This document shows positions 44,001-56,624 of a stretch of 64,000 bases of DNA, one piece after another; the stretch's first letter is position 1; the number at the start of each line of letters is the position of its first letter. Origin of the DNA: Octopus vulgaris (Eukaryota); contig OX597823.1 of NCBI GenBank assembly GCA_951406725.2, positions 27,342,001 through 27,406,000 of the forward strand, in the 5' to 3' direction. Under the pieces are notes generated by a model. That model saw nothing but the letters and a program-made list of their open reading frames with translations. It did no database searches and had not been told where the DNA came from. Position numbers and translations under genes: made by a program.

Positions 44001-44423
44001 TAACGCTCTACGTTTCCTCCTCACCCCTCCTCCAACACTATCGCTTTGATAGTAAATTACCCTCTTTTCTCCCCGTCCTTGTTCTTTCTTCTTTCCTTTC
44101 ACAATGACTTTCTTTCATTACTTCCTGACTTTCTTTTCTCCACTTTTCTTTCCTTTTTATTATTAGCATATTTTCATTCGTTTTCTTATCTTTAATTTCA
44201 ATTTTTGGTCTCCTATTACATTGTCTTTAATTACTTACAATTTCTTATTCTCGACATATTCTATCTTAATCTGTTTAGCTTTTCACTTGCATCTACAGAA
44301 AGTGTTTTACAACTCTATTATTTGTATACATATTTCTCCTATTGCGGTCAATCCCCACTTGCATCCCATTCTATACTGGTATTTTTTTAAAATGTAGTTG
44401 CCCAAACAGCTTTGAATGCTTAT

Positions 44424-44523
44424 NNNNNNNNNNNNNNNNNNNNNNNNNNNNNNNNNNNNNNNNNNNNNNNNNNNNNNNNNNNNNNNNNNNNNNNNNNNNN
44501 NNNNNNNNNNNNNNNNNNNNNNN
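44424..44523. other. Assembly gap (100 N)
   Basis: Run of N. Confidence 1.
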
Positions 44524-44582
44524 TACCTATATATATTATGTGCATGTGTGTGTGTGCCTATGAGTGTTTGTGTGTGTGTAAC

Positions 44583-44627
<45 letters not shown>

Positions 44628-45108
44628 TAGAAGAAATGAGGTACTCGGAAATCTGGATGGTTTAATATTTACAGGTATTTATTAGTATGTTACATGTTTT
44701 TATAAATTATATATCATATATAAGCGCTTTCGTCCACTCTAGTGGAGTTGTCAAATTGCACTTTTGTAGGAATTTTGTCTCTTTTTATAGTATTATTGAG
44801 TATGTAGGGGGGGAGATATAAGAGAGTACAAGAGGGTGAGGAATGCGGAGAAAGTGAGAGAGAGCACACGCGCGCGCATGTGTGTATGTGTGTGTGATTG
44901 TACCTGAATGTAGTGTTAAAGAAAAAGAGAAGGAAAGGAAGATGGCGAGAAAGAAGAAAAAATTTGTTGATATCTTTGCAGCTGGTCAGTCTTTCAATAG
45001 TAAATGATCCTTGGCTTTTAGAAATGGCAAACCCAGCTGGTCACTCCAAGGAAGGGAGGGTAATGTCACTTTTCAAAAAACTGTCTGGATTTCTTTAATC
45101 ATTGTCTT

Positions 45109-45152
<44 letters not shown>

Positions 45153-45457
45153 TGTGTGTGTATGTGCGCACCTATGTGGGGGTGTCTGTGTATCTGAAAG
45201 TGGTGTCAAATGGAAAAGAGAATGAAAGGAAAGAGGAGGAAAGAAAGAAGAAAAAATGTGTTTACATTTTTGCAGCTGGTCAATCTTTCAATAGTAAATG
45301 ATTCTTGGTTTTTAGAAATGGCAAACCCAGCTGGTCAGTCTTTCAATAGTAAATGATTCTTGGCCTTTAGAAATGGCAAACCCAGCTGGTCACTTCAAGG
45401 GGTGCAAAATGTTACTTCCCAAAACATTGTCTGGATTTCTTTTTATCATTGTTTTGT

Positions 45458-45490
<33 letters not shown>

Positions 45491-45794
45491 TGTGTGTGCG
45501 TGTATGTGTGTGTGTGTGTATGTGCGCGCGTGTGTGTGTATGTATGCGTATGTGTGTATGTGCGCGTGTGTGTGTGGGTGCATGTGTATCTGAAATGGGT
45601 GTCGATGAAGAAGGGAAGAAAGAAGAAAGAGAAGAAAAAGAAATAATTGTGTTGATATTTATACCACTGTTCAGTTCTTTCAATTTAATGTTTGATTCCT
45701 GTGATGATATGGGTTGGATAATCTGGATGAAAGATTGCTTTTATTTATGTATATGTACATATGTGTAGTACTCTGTGTGTGTGTGCGTTTAATA

Positions 45795-46207
45795 CAATTC
45801 AATTTACAAAATTGGTAGATGGTAGATGTGGGATCTGCAGTAACCCCACCTACAAATATATAGAGGGAGACAAACAAATAAAATTTAAGAGTGGTCACAT
45901 ATTCAAAGTAAATGCAGACATGAACTGCAAGACGCGGAACGTAATATACTGCATAACCTGCCCCACACGCAAAGAGAATTATATAGGTGTAACTGGAACT
46001 TCTTTATGCCAACGAGCCAGAATTCACCGACAACAGGTCCGACAGGAGGAAGTGCGAAATATTCCACTGAGTTAACACCTAGATAGATATGGAGAAGGAA
46101 AATTTAAGATCTTTCCCTTCTATAAATGTCCAAATAATGACACCTCCTTCATGAGAAATATGGAAAAATACTTCATAACAAAGTTCTCCCCCAAATTGAA
46201 TGGCTGA
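45795..46207 (+). pseudogene. GIY-YIG endonuclease C-terminus of a PLE ORF, one internal stop
   Basis: MNCKTRNVIYCITCPTRKENYIGVTG..QRARIHRQQ..IPLS*HLD..KFKIFPFYK..MEKYFITKFSPKLNG*. Confidence 0.9.
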
Positions 46208-46267
46208 AAATATTTGTATAATAATTTGTACTAGATGAAGGACCAGTTTTGTAAAGTAAATTTTATT

Positions 46268-46312
<45 letters not shown>

Positions 46313-46574
46313 GTACTACACGTATGTACATATGCATAAATAAAAACAATCTTTCATCCAGATTCTCCAACTCATATCAGCACAGGAATCAAACATTGGA
46401 TTGAAAGAACTGAACAGTGGTATAATTTTGTCAACACAATTATTCCTTCTTCTCTTTCTTCTTTCTTCCCTTCTCCATCGACACCCCTTTCAGGTACACA
46501 GGCACCCAGACACACAAACGCACATACACACACACAAACGCACATACACACACACATACACAGACATACACACG

Positions 46575-46607
<33 letters not shown>

Positions 46608-47200
46608 ACACACACACACACACAAAACAATGATAGAAAGAAATCCAGACAATATTTTGAGAAGTGACATTTTGCCTCCCTTGAAGTGACCAGTTGGGTT
46701 TGCCATTTCTAAAAGCCAAGAATCATTTACTATTGAAAGACTGACCAGCTGGGTTTGCCATTTCTAAAAACCAAGAATCATTTACTATTGAAAGATTGAC
46801 CAGCTGCAAAAATGTAAACGCATTTTTTTCTTCTTTCTTTCGGCCTCCTTCCTTTCGTTCCCTTTTCCATTTGACGCTCCTTTCAGATACACAGACACCT
46901 ACACACACACACACACACACACTCTCACACACACACACACACACACTCTCTCTCTCTCTCTCACACAAGACAATGATAAAGACTGACCAGCTGCAAAGAT
47001 ATCAACAATTTTCTTTCTTTTGTCTCCTTCTTCCTTTCCTTCTCTTTTTCTTTAACACTCTTTCAGATACAAACACGCGCGCGCGCGTGATCTCTATCAC
47101 TTTCTCCGCATTCCTCACCCTCTTGTATTCTCTAATATCTCTCCCCACAACTACACACTCAATAATACTATAAAAAGAGACAAAATTCCTGCAAAGGTGC

Positions 47201-47240
47201 AATTTGACAACTGCATTAGAGTGGGCGAAAGCGCTGTATA
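47201..47240 (+). ncRNA. Hammerhead-like motif, U3-A8 type, imperfect; mirror at 44719-44757
   Basis: Mirror copy reads TTGACAA-C.TCCAC.TAGA.GTGGA.C-GAAA-GCGC-TT with palindromic AGCGCT; stem I weak. Confidence 0.4.
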
Positions 47241-47478
47241 TATGATATATGATTTATAACAACATGTAACATACTAATAAATATCTGTAAATATAAAACC
47301 ATCCAGATTTCTGAGTACCTCATTTCTTCAAATATATAATACCTGTACATCATCTCCAAACTTTCTAATATATATATTTATGGGGAGTGAGTGGGTGGGG
47401 GTAGGGTGGTTTGGGGGGGTTGTGTGAGTGGGTGTATATGTGTGTGTATGTGTGTGTGTGTGTGTGTATGTGTGTGAA

Positions 47479-47795
47479 GGCGCATGGCTTAGTGATTAGA
47501 GAATCGAGCTTATGTTCGTGAGGTTGTGAGTTCGAATCCCAGACCGTGCTGCGTGTTGTGTTCTTGAACAGAACACTTCATTTCACGTTGTATAAGTTCA
47601 CTCAGCTGTAGAAATTTGTTGTGACATCACTGGTGCCAAGCTGTATCGGCCCTGGCCTTTTCCTTGGATAGCATTGGTGATGTGGAGAGGGGAGGCTGGT
47701 ATGCATGGGTGACTTTTGGCCTTCCACAAACAACCTTGCCCAGACTTGTGCCTTGGAGGTGCAATCCCATGGACATTCATGACCGAAGGGGGTCA
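47479..47795 (+). mobile_element. SINE family D
   Basis: GGCGCATGGCTTAGTG...GAGTTCGAATCCC; matches 17187-17517. Confidence 0.85.
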
Positions 47796-47846
47796 CCTTA
47801 TGTATGGGGGGATCGATGTCTCTCTCTTTTTCTTTCTCTCTCTCTC

Positions 47847-47877
<31 letters not shown>

Positions 47878-47884
47878 TTCTGTG

Positions 47885-48037
47885 GGTGTGTGGTTAGAAG
47901 CATGTATCCCAACAATATGGTTCCGGGTTCAGTCTCTTTGCGTGGCTCCTGGGGCAAATGTCTTCTACTGTAGCCTCGGGTCGACCGAAGCCTTGTGAGT
48001 GGGTTTAGTAGACAGAAACTGAAAGAAGCCCGTGGTA

Positions 48038-48097
<60 letters not shown>

Positions 48098-48382
48098 TAC
48101 ACATACATATATGTATGTATGTATGTTTATACACATACATATATGTGTGTGTATGTCTTTTTGTGCGTCTGTCTTTGAGGCTAGCATCGCTTGACAACCG
48201 ATGTTGGTGTGTTTACGTCCTAGTAACTTAGCGAATGATAGAATAAGTACTACGTCTTCGTAACCCAGAGAACGATAGAATAAATACTAGGCTTACAAAG
48301 AATAAGTCCTGGGATCGATTTGTTCGACTAAAGGCGATGCTCCAGCATGGCCACAGTCAAATGACTGAAACGAATAAAAGAA
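47885..48382 (+). mobile_element. SINE family A; an inverted 3' half follows at 48425-48605
   Basis: Matches 59924-60330. Confidence 0.8.
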
Positions 48383-48762
48383 TATATATATATATATATA
48401 CATGTATATATGTATGTATGTATATTACTTGTTTCAGTCATTAGACTGCGACCATGCTGGGACACCATCTTGAAGAATTTCAGTGGGTTGGGTTGATCTC
48501 AGTACTTAGTACTAGTTTTGAAATCCCGGTTCTTGTTCCATCGGTGCCTTTTGCTGAACTGCTAGTGCACAGGCATAAACACACCAACACCGGTTGTCAG
48601 GCGGTGCAAACACTTAGACACACACATGTACACATACACACATAGACACGCACACATAAACACACACACACACACACATATTGCAAGGCTCCAAAGACTC
48701 TAGCAAGTAAGATACACGTCCGGACAGACAGGCAAGCATGCAAACGAACCTTATAACATATT

Positions 48763-49173
48763 TATTTCTTTATTGCCACAAGGGGCTAAACATAGAGGGG
48801 ACAAACAAGGACAAAGGGATTAAGTCGATTGCATCGATCCCCAGTGCGTAACTGGTGCTTATTTAATCGACTCCGAAAGGATGAAAGGCAAAGTCAACCT
48901 CAGCGGAATTTGAATTCAGAACGTAACGGCAGACGTAATACCTATTTCTTTACTACCCACAAGGGACTAAACACAGAGGGGACAAACAAGGACCGATAAA
49001 CGGATTAAGTCGATTACATCGACCCCAGTGCGTAACTGGTACTTATTTAATCGACTCCGAAAGGATGAAAGGCAAAGTAGACCTCGGCGGAATTTGAACT
49101 CAGAACGTAGAGGCAGACGAAACACGGCTACGCATTTCGCCCGGCGTGCTAACGTTTCCGCCAGCTTGTCGCC
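48763..49173 (-). mobile_element. SINE family C with a head-to-tail duplicated body
   Basis: TATTTCTTTA...GAATTTGAA(C/T)TCAGAACGTA unit occurs twice (48763-48940, 48942-49120). Confidence 0.85.
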
Positions 49174-51025
49174 TTAGTTATGTTGATTATTGAACCATAA
49201 ATGAAAGCATCCGAAAGAAATGAAAAGTATTAAACGCTGGAAGATGATTTTTCATTCATTATCTGAAACGTGGTACATTTTAAGCAAGCAATCAGAACAA
49301 AAGCTTTCGCTTTCGTCTGGTCACTGTACTGAATGTTTGGTTCTTGTGTTTACTTTGACTTGCCTTTTCTATACATTTTTTGCTAAAGTAATGTATCATG
49401 GGAAACGTCAGCTGCAATGCTTGGAAATTGATGTTTTGATTAAATTCTAAAACACCATAATAATAGAATCTATAAAATACATCTATTTCTCAACAATTTG
49501 ATTTATTTAACAATAAAATTTTTCAAATATTGTTATCGCTAATTATTATCTATTTGCTTATCAATTTATTCGTATTTTCCTTTAATATCAGCGAATTGCA
49601 AATATCTTATAATATTATTAGATATTTATAATTTGATATTAAAATTATTCATAAAATATTAGGGCTATTTTTTTTTTTTCGGGCTTCGTAAGTTTACAGA
49701 GTATACGTTTTAATTCTAGTTTATTTAACTGAAGGCAGGTGAAATATATATTCTCCAGTTCATCCCGGGTACGAAGCGCAACCCATATCATAATCTTTCC
49801 ATGTGAAGAGTTAAAATTCAATACTGCAAGGCAATAAAATTTTCGTCATTCATCTCAATAGATTCGCTCTCACGAAAACCCATTCTTTGTGGAAATGAAC
49901 AGGCAACATTGCAACACCACGGATGCAACACAAGCCATCAAAAACTAGGCTGGTTCTCGCTTTCTCTCTTTTTCTCTCTTTTTCCCTCTCCTTCTCTTTC
50001 TCGTTCTCTCCCTACCAATCTATTTAACAATCTACTCCCCCACTCGTTGTAGTTTGAGTTCCATGTCTTAATTAGTGGTTAATGAAATACTCATGAGGTT
50101 AGACTTGATTAGTCCTCCTAGGTTTTTTATGAGGGTGAAAATTTAAAAGCAGCTTCCTGTTAAGAGAAATGACTATTGTGTAAGAGCATAAATATTAATG
50201 GGCTAAACCGAGTTTTGTCTTTTAGTGTACATGAGACAAAAAGAAAAGAAATAAAAGCATGGAAGGCGAGTCGAGAAACGAAATTGGGGGGAAGAAGACG
50301 ATAAAAATTAGAAAAGTAGGGGTGTTGAAATAGAAACCACCCAGTTAATTAGATATAATATACGAATACACACTCTTGCATACGTGTAAATATATGTAAG
50401 TAACCTGCCGAACACACGTTAATTAATAAGATGTAGTAAGGAGAAAGAAGCTCTTATAAATTGACATGCGAAGATGTTAGTAGGTCTATTTAGCCGGGTA
50501 GTGATAGTGCGATCTACTCACACCATAAGCATTTATTAAAAGTGTCTACATTTTCCGAATATATTTTTTATGCGATCAGAAATTTGAAGCTTCATTTCTT
50601 CAAAGTTCATATTCTTAATTCAAGTTTTATCATCCATTTGATGCAATTGGAATATATTTCGTTAAACTGTCAGAGTAAATTGTTGATATCGTCTCATCCC
50701 ACTTTTCAATGTGTATAAAATTATGATTATGATATTAGTTTGTTCAAATTTTACTTCGTTTATGCTTATGTAGCGTTTATGTACTACATTGATGATAAAT
50801 TTAATGATTTCTACACCACAAAGCGTAGTAATATGTGTGTGTTAACGTTTCTCTTCGTTTCTGGAGAGGGGTAAAATATTACGGCTCCACGTATTAGCTT
50901 GAAAGAGAGGCGAAGAAGGGGGATATAAGTAACTTTATATTTGAAGTAACTTGCTTTTAAAGTATTATCGTTATAAGAAACCGCCTTATCACAGACTTAG
51001 TTATTTGATTATAAATTGGATATTC

Positions 51026-51850
51026 GGATCTTTTCCTTTTGAGCGGCAGACAATTTCTAGTTAACTAAACACTTTAAAACTTCCTATACTGGTAGAATGT
51101 GTCAAAATAAAACATTTTTTTTCTCTTGGCTTTCTTGAGAAAATTGTAATTTGTTTGTTTAACGTAGTTTAATTTTTCGAATTTTAACCAATCCTATGCT
51201 CTCTTTTGAGCTAAAATCATTTGCTGCGTCTAAAACTGAGAAAAAATCCTGTAACTAACTCTAAACCTCCCCCTAACCCTAACCCTAACCCTAATTGTTT
51301 TTTCTTAATTGTTAAATTAATTTAATTGTTACGCGTGTAAAAAAACTAAAGCAATGGAAAATAATTTAAACAATTAACAAACAAAATGATTCTATAATTT
51401 TATACGCACGCTTTCCGTAACACACGCTTTCCGTATACGTACGGAAAGCGTGTGTATAAAATTATAGAATCATTTTGTTTGTTAATTGTTTAAATTATTT
51501 TCCATTGCTTTAGTTTTTTTACACGCGTAACAATTAAATTAATTTAACAATTAAGGAAAAAAGAATTTAGGGTTAGGGTTAGGGTTAGGGGAAGGTTTAG
51601 GGTTAGTTACAGGATGTTGTCTCAGTTTTAGACGCAGCAAATGATTTTAGTTCAATGGAGGTAATCGATTGGTTAAAATTGCCGAAATGCTCGGATTTTC
51701 AGACGAAATATCTTACAAACTATAGAATTTTCTCAATAAAACCAAGAGAAAATGATGCTTTATAAACACATTCTACCAGTATACGAAGTTTAAAACTTCT
51801 TAGTTACCTAGAAATTATGTTATAAACTGCCGCTCAAAAGGAAAAGACCC
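51026..51850. mobile_element. 825-bp fold-back DNA element with internal telomeric repeats and a TSD
   Basis: Termini GGATCTTTTCC / GGAAAAGACCC; GGATATTC duplicated at 51018-51025 and 51851-51858; (CCCTAA)n at ~51271-51295 and (TTAGGG)n at ~51567-51606. Confidence 0.9.
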
Positions 51851-52457
51851 GGATATTCTTCTACTGATGTTGCTGGTAATGTTTCTAAAGCTACAGGTGG
51901 GTGGCGGAAGACTGTTGATACTTAAATTTTTCACTTGGTTTGTTAAATGGTTTATATAAGTTAGTTGCTATATCTAGGAAATTATCTAGCTTAAATCTTT
52001 AATCCGAAAGTAACAAATAAGTCCTTAAGTTTTGTTTTTTTGATGTGTTTAATGTATCTGGATATAACTTATAGTCTTTATATGGGAAGAAATCTATTGA
52101 AGTAAAGTTTTGTTTAGTATCTAGAAAATATTCTGCAAGGTCAGATACCTCCATGGTAAGGTCCTTTCTTTAACTGACTCGAAAGAATGATCAGATGTCT
52201 TTATCAACACGTTGTTTTTTTCGGTTTTCATAATAATCTCAATTCCGTAATCATTTATAGAATAAGTGTTAACAAATTGTTGGACACTACGTGGTGTGGA
52301 CTGTAGGATAATATTTGGCAATATCGCATTTGATAGATTTAGAGTTATGTTCAATTACTAAACCTACCAAATTCTGTGTCACTGTAATTTTACAGTTTCA
52401 AAAGTTTAGCATCTCACCTAATGACGTCATTGAAGTTAAATATTTGTTACCAGCTAA

Positions 52458-52857
52458 TTTTTATATATAAAAGTGAAGTTGTGTGAGTGTCTGTCTCCTA
52501 CGATTTAGATTCCTAACTACTCCTACATTTTGCGGTGCAGTTTAACCAAAACCGGGTATCTTATAGTCGTGATTCATATCGAGCCCTTCTGGGTATTAGC
52601 GCGCGTCTACGATGAGTCTACGATTTTAAAAATAATTTACCATAATTTTTTTCCATTTTAAAGCATGTTTTTTAAATAAAGGGAAGTAACTCTCTAAAAA
52701 TGTCTACGATGAGTCAACGATTTAAAAAAAAATTTACCATAATTTTTTTTCCATTTTTAATGCATGCATTTTTTGCTGTTTTTTGGCTATAACTCTCTAA
52801 AAATGCTTTATAGTTATTTCCCTTACAAACCCGAGCAACGCCGGGCGATACTGCTAG
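52458..52857 (+). mobile_element. Non-autonomous Helitron-like element
   Basis: 3' hairpin CCCG.AGCAACGC.CGGG then CTAG|T; no TSD seen; three copies in the window. Confidence 0.8.
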
Positions 52858-53516
52858 TTCATTATAAAATTTAGTTGAACTCATTGACTCATATTTAGTA
52901 TTAACACTAAATTTAATTTATTGCACATAATTATAAAGTTAGCTGTGCGTTTAACTAGAACTTCTAATCTATGGTCTGGTTTTATTTACACTGAGAGTCG
53001 CGCTTGGGATTAAAAAATAAATTTATTCATTGCAGCTAATTTTGAATTAAGCATTGCGTTTATGTGAGACTTTGTATTATCTAGTTTCATACTGCGCTTT
53101 ATTATACGTTAGTGCAGTAGTTTCTTTTTCATGTAATTTCAGGTGAAACTATCATTGGAGATCTGTTTCTTTAAATTATTGTTGTTTACTTCATGGATTT
53201 TATAGATTTTGTTGGAAGATATTTTTTTTTCATTTGTAATTCTTAGCATGCATTAAGTTATTTCAAATTTATGCTCCATGGAACTGTCATTCCTAATAAT
53301 ACCATCCGAAAGATCTATTTTTTTATTAATTTCGAATTTTTACTCTTGTAAAAATTTCGAATAGTAAACACATCAATTCAGATGTATGTCTCATTAAATA
53401 CTAATTTAGACACGAAACCTCGAGTAACTAACGTAGAATCAATATATATATGCGCGCGCACGCACACAAACACATACACATTATACACATATACACAACA
53501 CAGATATATATATATG

Positions 53517-53608
<92 letters not shown>

Positions 53609-53610
<2 letters not shown>

Positions 53611-53707
53611 AATATTATCGCCATACTAATATGGCATTCTTAAAAATAAGAATAAAGCTTTATTCTTATTTTGAAGAATGCCATATTAGTATGGCGATAA
53701 CTATTTA
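53609..53707. repeat. Near-perfect ~90-bp palindrome centred on AAGCTT, next to (TA)n
   Basis: TTATCGCCATACTAATATGGCATTCTT / AAGAATGCCATATTAGTATGGCGATAA. Confidence 0.95.
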
Positions 53708-53896
53708 TTTCCAAGAAACGCTGTCGTAATCTCTTTTAAAGAGACTTAGTAATTTTAATATTTCTATATATGTATATATATATATATATATATATTGATA
53801 AAACGGTAAGATAACAAAAGAAAGAAAGATACCTCAATATTATGTAAATAGAGGAAATTTATCTATACAATAATATGTTACATTACTCGGTAGTCA

Positions 53897-53959
53897 AGAT
53901 AAAACTCTGAGTTTCAGATGCCGAAGTGGAAATCCGCAACACCATCTCTTCGGTTATCT
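53897..53959 (-). ncRNA. Hammerhead motif in the 3' pLTR (CCGAAGA core variant)
   Basis: Reverse complement AGATAA-CCGAAGA-GATG...CATC-T-GAAAC-TCAGA-GTT-TTATCT. Confidence 0.65.
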
Positions 53960-54141
53960 GGCTATTTGAAAACGCTATGAAAAAATACCGTTAAATAAAG
54001 GGAAATTACTGTGTTATAACTCTGCTTGCCTGCGTACTTATACATCGCTCGCATTTTTCGTCATAAAAATTATATAAAAATGCATAAAAAATATATAAAA
54101 ATATATAAATTCTTCTTGGGACATAACATAGAAAGCATGTT

Positions 54142-55010
54142 CTATTTGTTTTCTTTAGGGGACCAAAAACGTAACAGAAATTTAGTCACATGTGGGCATG
54201 ATCCGAAAAGCTCTGTCCTTGTATTTAGACATGTAGCAGGGTCTAAGCTGCTTTTCCAGATAAGCCATCTCTCCATGTCGCATAGACCGCACCTTCCGCT
54301 GCCGTTGGTATAGGGCTTACATCTGGCCAAAATCTTCCATTGTATGTTATAATCGACACCTTTATCTCTTAAAGACAAATATGATTAGATAATTGTGTCG
54401 CTTTTCTTTTGTTCCAGTGCCTAAAGCTCAAAGTGTGGTTATTGAACCTGGCCTTGAAATTACCCTCTGTAAGGCCCACGTATTTCTTCGTAAAAACGGT
54501 GTCTTTAGTGGTTATAGAGTTTACGGTAGCTTCATATATGATGGTCTTGGACATGCAAGCTCCATTTAGCGGGCACAATTCTTTATTCCTGCATGAACAG
54601 CTGTTTTCTTGTTGTGTTTTTTGTATGTTATGTTTGATTATATTTTTAAAATTGGTAGTTGAACTAAAACTAATTTTTAAATTGTGTCTATTGAAGAGTT
54701 TCCTATAAGTATGGTTAACTGGAAAATGTCTATCTATCAGTGCTAGGAAATATTTACCTATATTGAAGGCCACCTCGGGTGAGTAAAGGGGCGTAAACCA
54801 GATGACCTTCCTATTTCTATTATTCCTTTTCCTTACTGTTGGGCTAGTGATAGGTGTATATATTTTTTTTTCGCTAAAACCACTATCTTTTAAAGCCTTA
54901 TTATAAACTGGGGCAACGCTATTGAAGATGTCCTCATCAGAGAAGATGCTAGAAATCCTCTTACTAATATTTTAAACTAAATTTTTGAATACTATAGGGG
55001 GATGGCATGA
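54142..55010 (-). pseudogene. PLE ORF C-terminal part (RT thumb, Cys-rich linker, GIY-YIG; probably Naiad-like), with one stop and two or more frameshifts
   Basis: HPP..KRISS..SDEDIF, RKVIWFTPLYS..NIGKYFL.LIDRHFP, CSCRNKELCPLNGAC..IIYEATV..YVGLTEG.FK.RFNNH, CGLCDME..LNTRTELFGSCPH. Confidence 0.9.
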
Positions 55011-55108
55011 AAAATGCGAGCGATGTATAAGTACGCAGGCAAGCAGAGTTATAACACAGTAATTTCCCTTTATTTAACGGTATTTTTTCATAGCGTTTTG
55101 AAATAGCC

Positions 55109-55171
55109 AGATAACCGAAGAGATGGTGTTGTGGATTTCCACTTCGGCATCTGAAACTCAGAGTTTTATCT
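55109..55171 (+). ncRNA. Hammerhead motif in the inverted arm
   Basis: AGATAA-CCGAAGA-GATG...CATC-T-GAAAC-TCAGA-GTT-TTATCT. Confidence 0.65.
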
Positions 55172-55211
55172 TGACTACCGAGTAATGTAACATATTATTG
55201 TATATGTATAT

Positions 55212-56305
<1,094 letters not shown>

Positions 56306-56457
56306 AGCTGAAATTGCGAGGATGATCCGGTTCTTGACTGAAGATTGAAGGCCTCGAATGTCCCGTCCGTGTTTTTGTATCGTCTTCTAAATGTTTTGCG
56401 TTCCTGTCCCAGTTTGTATTTTTTTACATACACACACACACACACACACACATACAT

Positions 56458-56498
<41 letters not shown>

Positions 56499-56624
56499 TG
56501 TATGTATATATATATATATGTGTGTATGTGTATATATATGTATATATATGTATATATATGTGTGTGTATGTGTATGTATAAATATGTATATATATATGTA
56601 TGTGTTTATATATATATATATATA

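Larger units (their letters stand above)
44630..47370 (+). mobile_element. 5'-truncated Penelope-like element (Neptune-type) with ~1.1-kb inverted arms (44630-45794 / 46264-47329) and a 3' tail
   Basis: Arms are reverse complements including internal microsatellites; spacer encodes GIY-YIG; TA-repeat flanks. Confidence 0.9.
53795..55204 (-). mobile_element. 5'-truncated Penelope-like element with inverted ~195-bp arms (53864-54059 / 55009-55204) and a 3' tail (53795-53863), in (TA)n
   Basis: Near-identical inverted arms, each with a hammerhead motif, enclosing RT-thumb/GIY-YIG coding sequence. Confidence 0.92.

Noticed and set aside
51271-51606. Chromosome end or telomere fusion site
   Set aside because: Only ~4 repeats per side, embedded symmetrically in a TSD-flanked element, and in the opposite orientation to an end-to-end fusion.
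54142-55010. Selenocysteine (UGA) recoding as reported for some Naiad PLEs
   Set aside because: The interruptions I can read are a TAA and frameshifts, not in-frame TGA.
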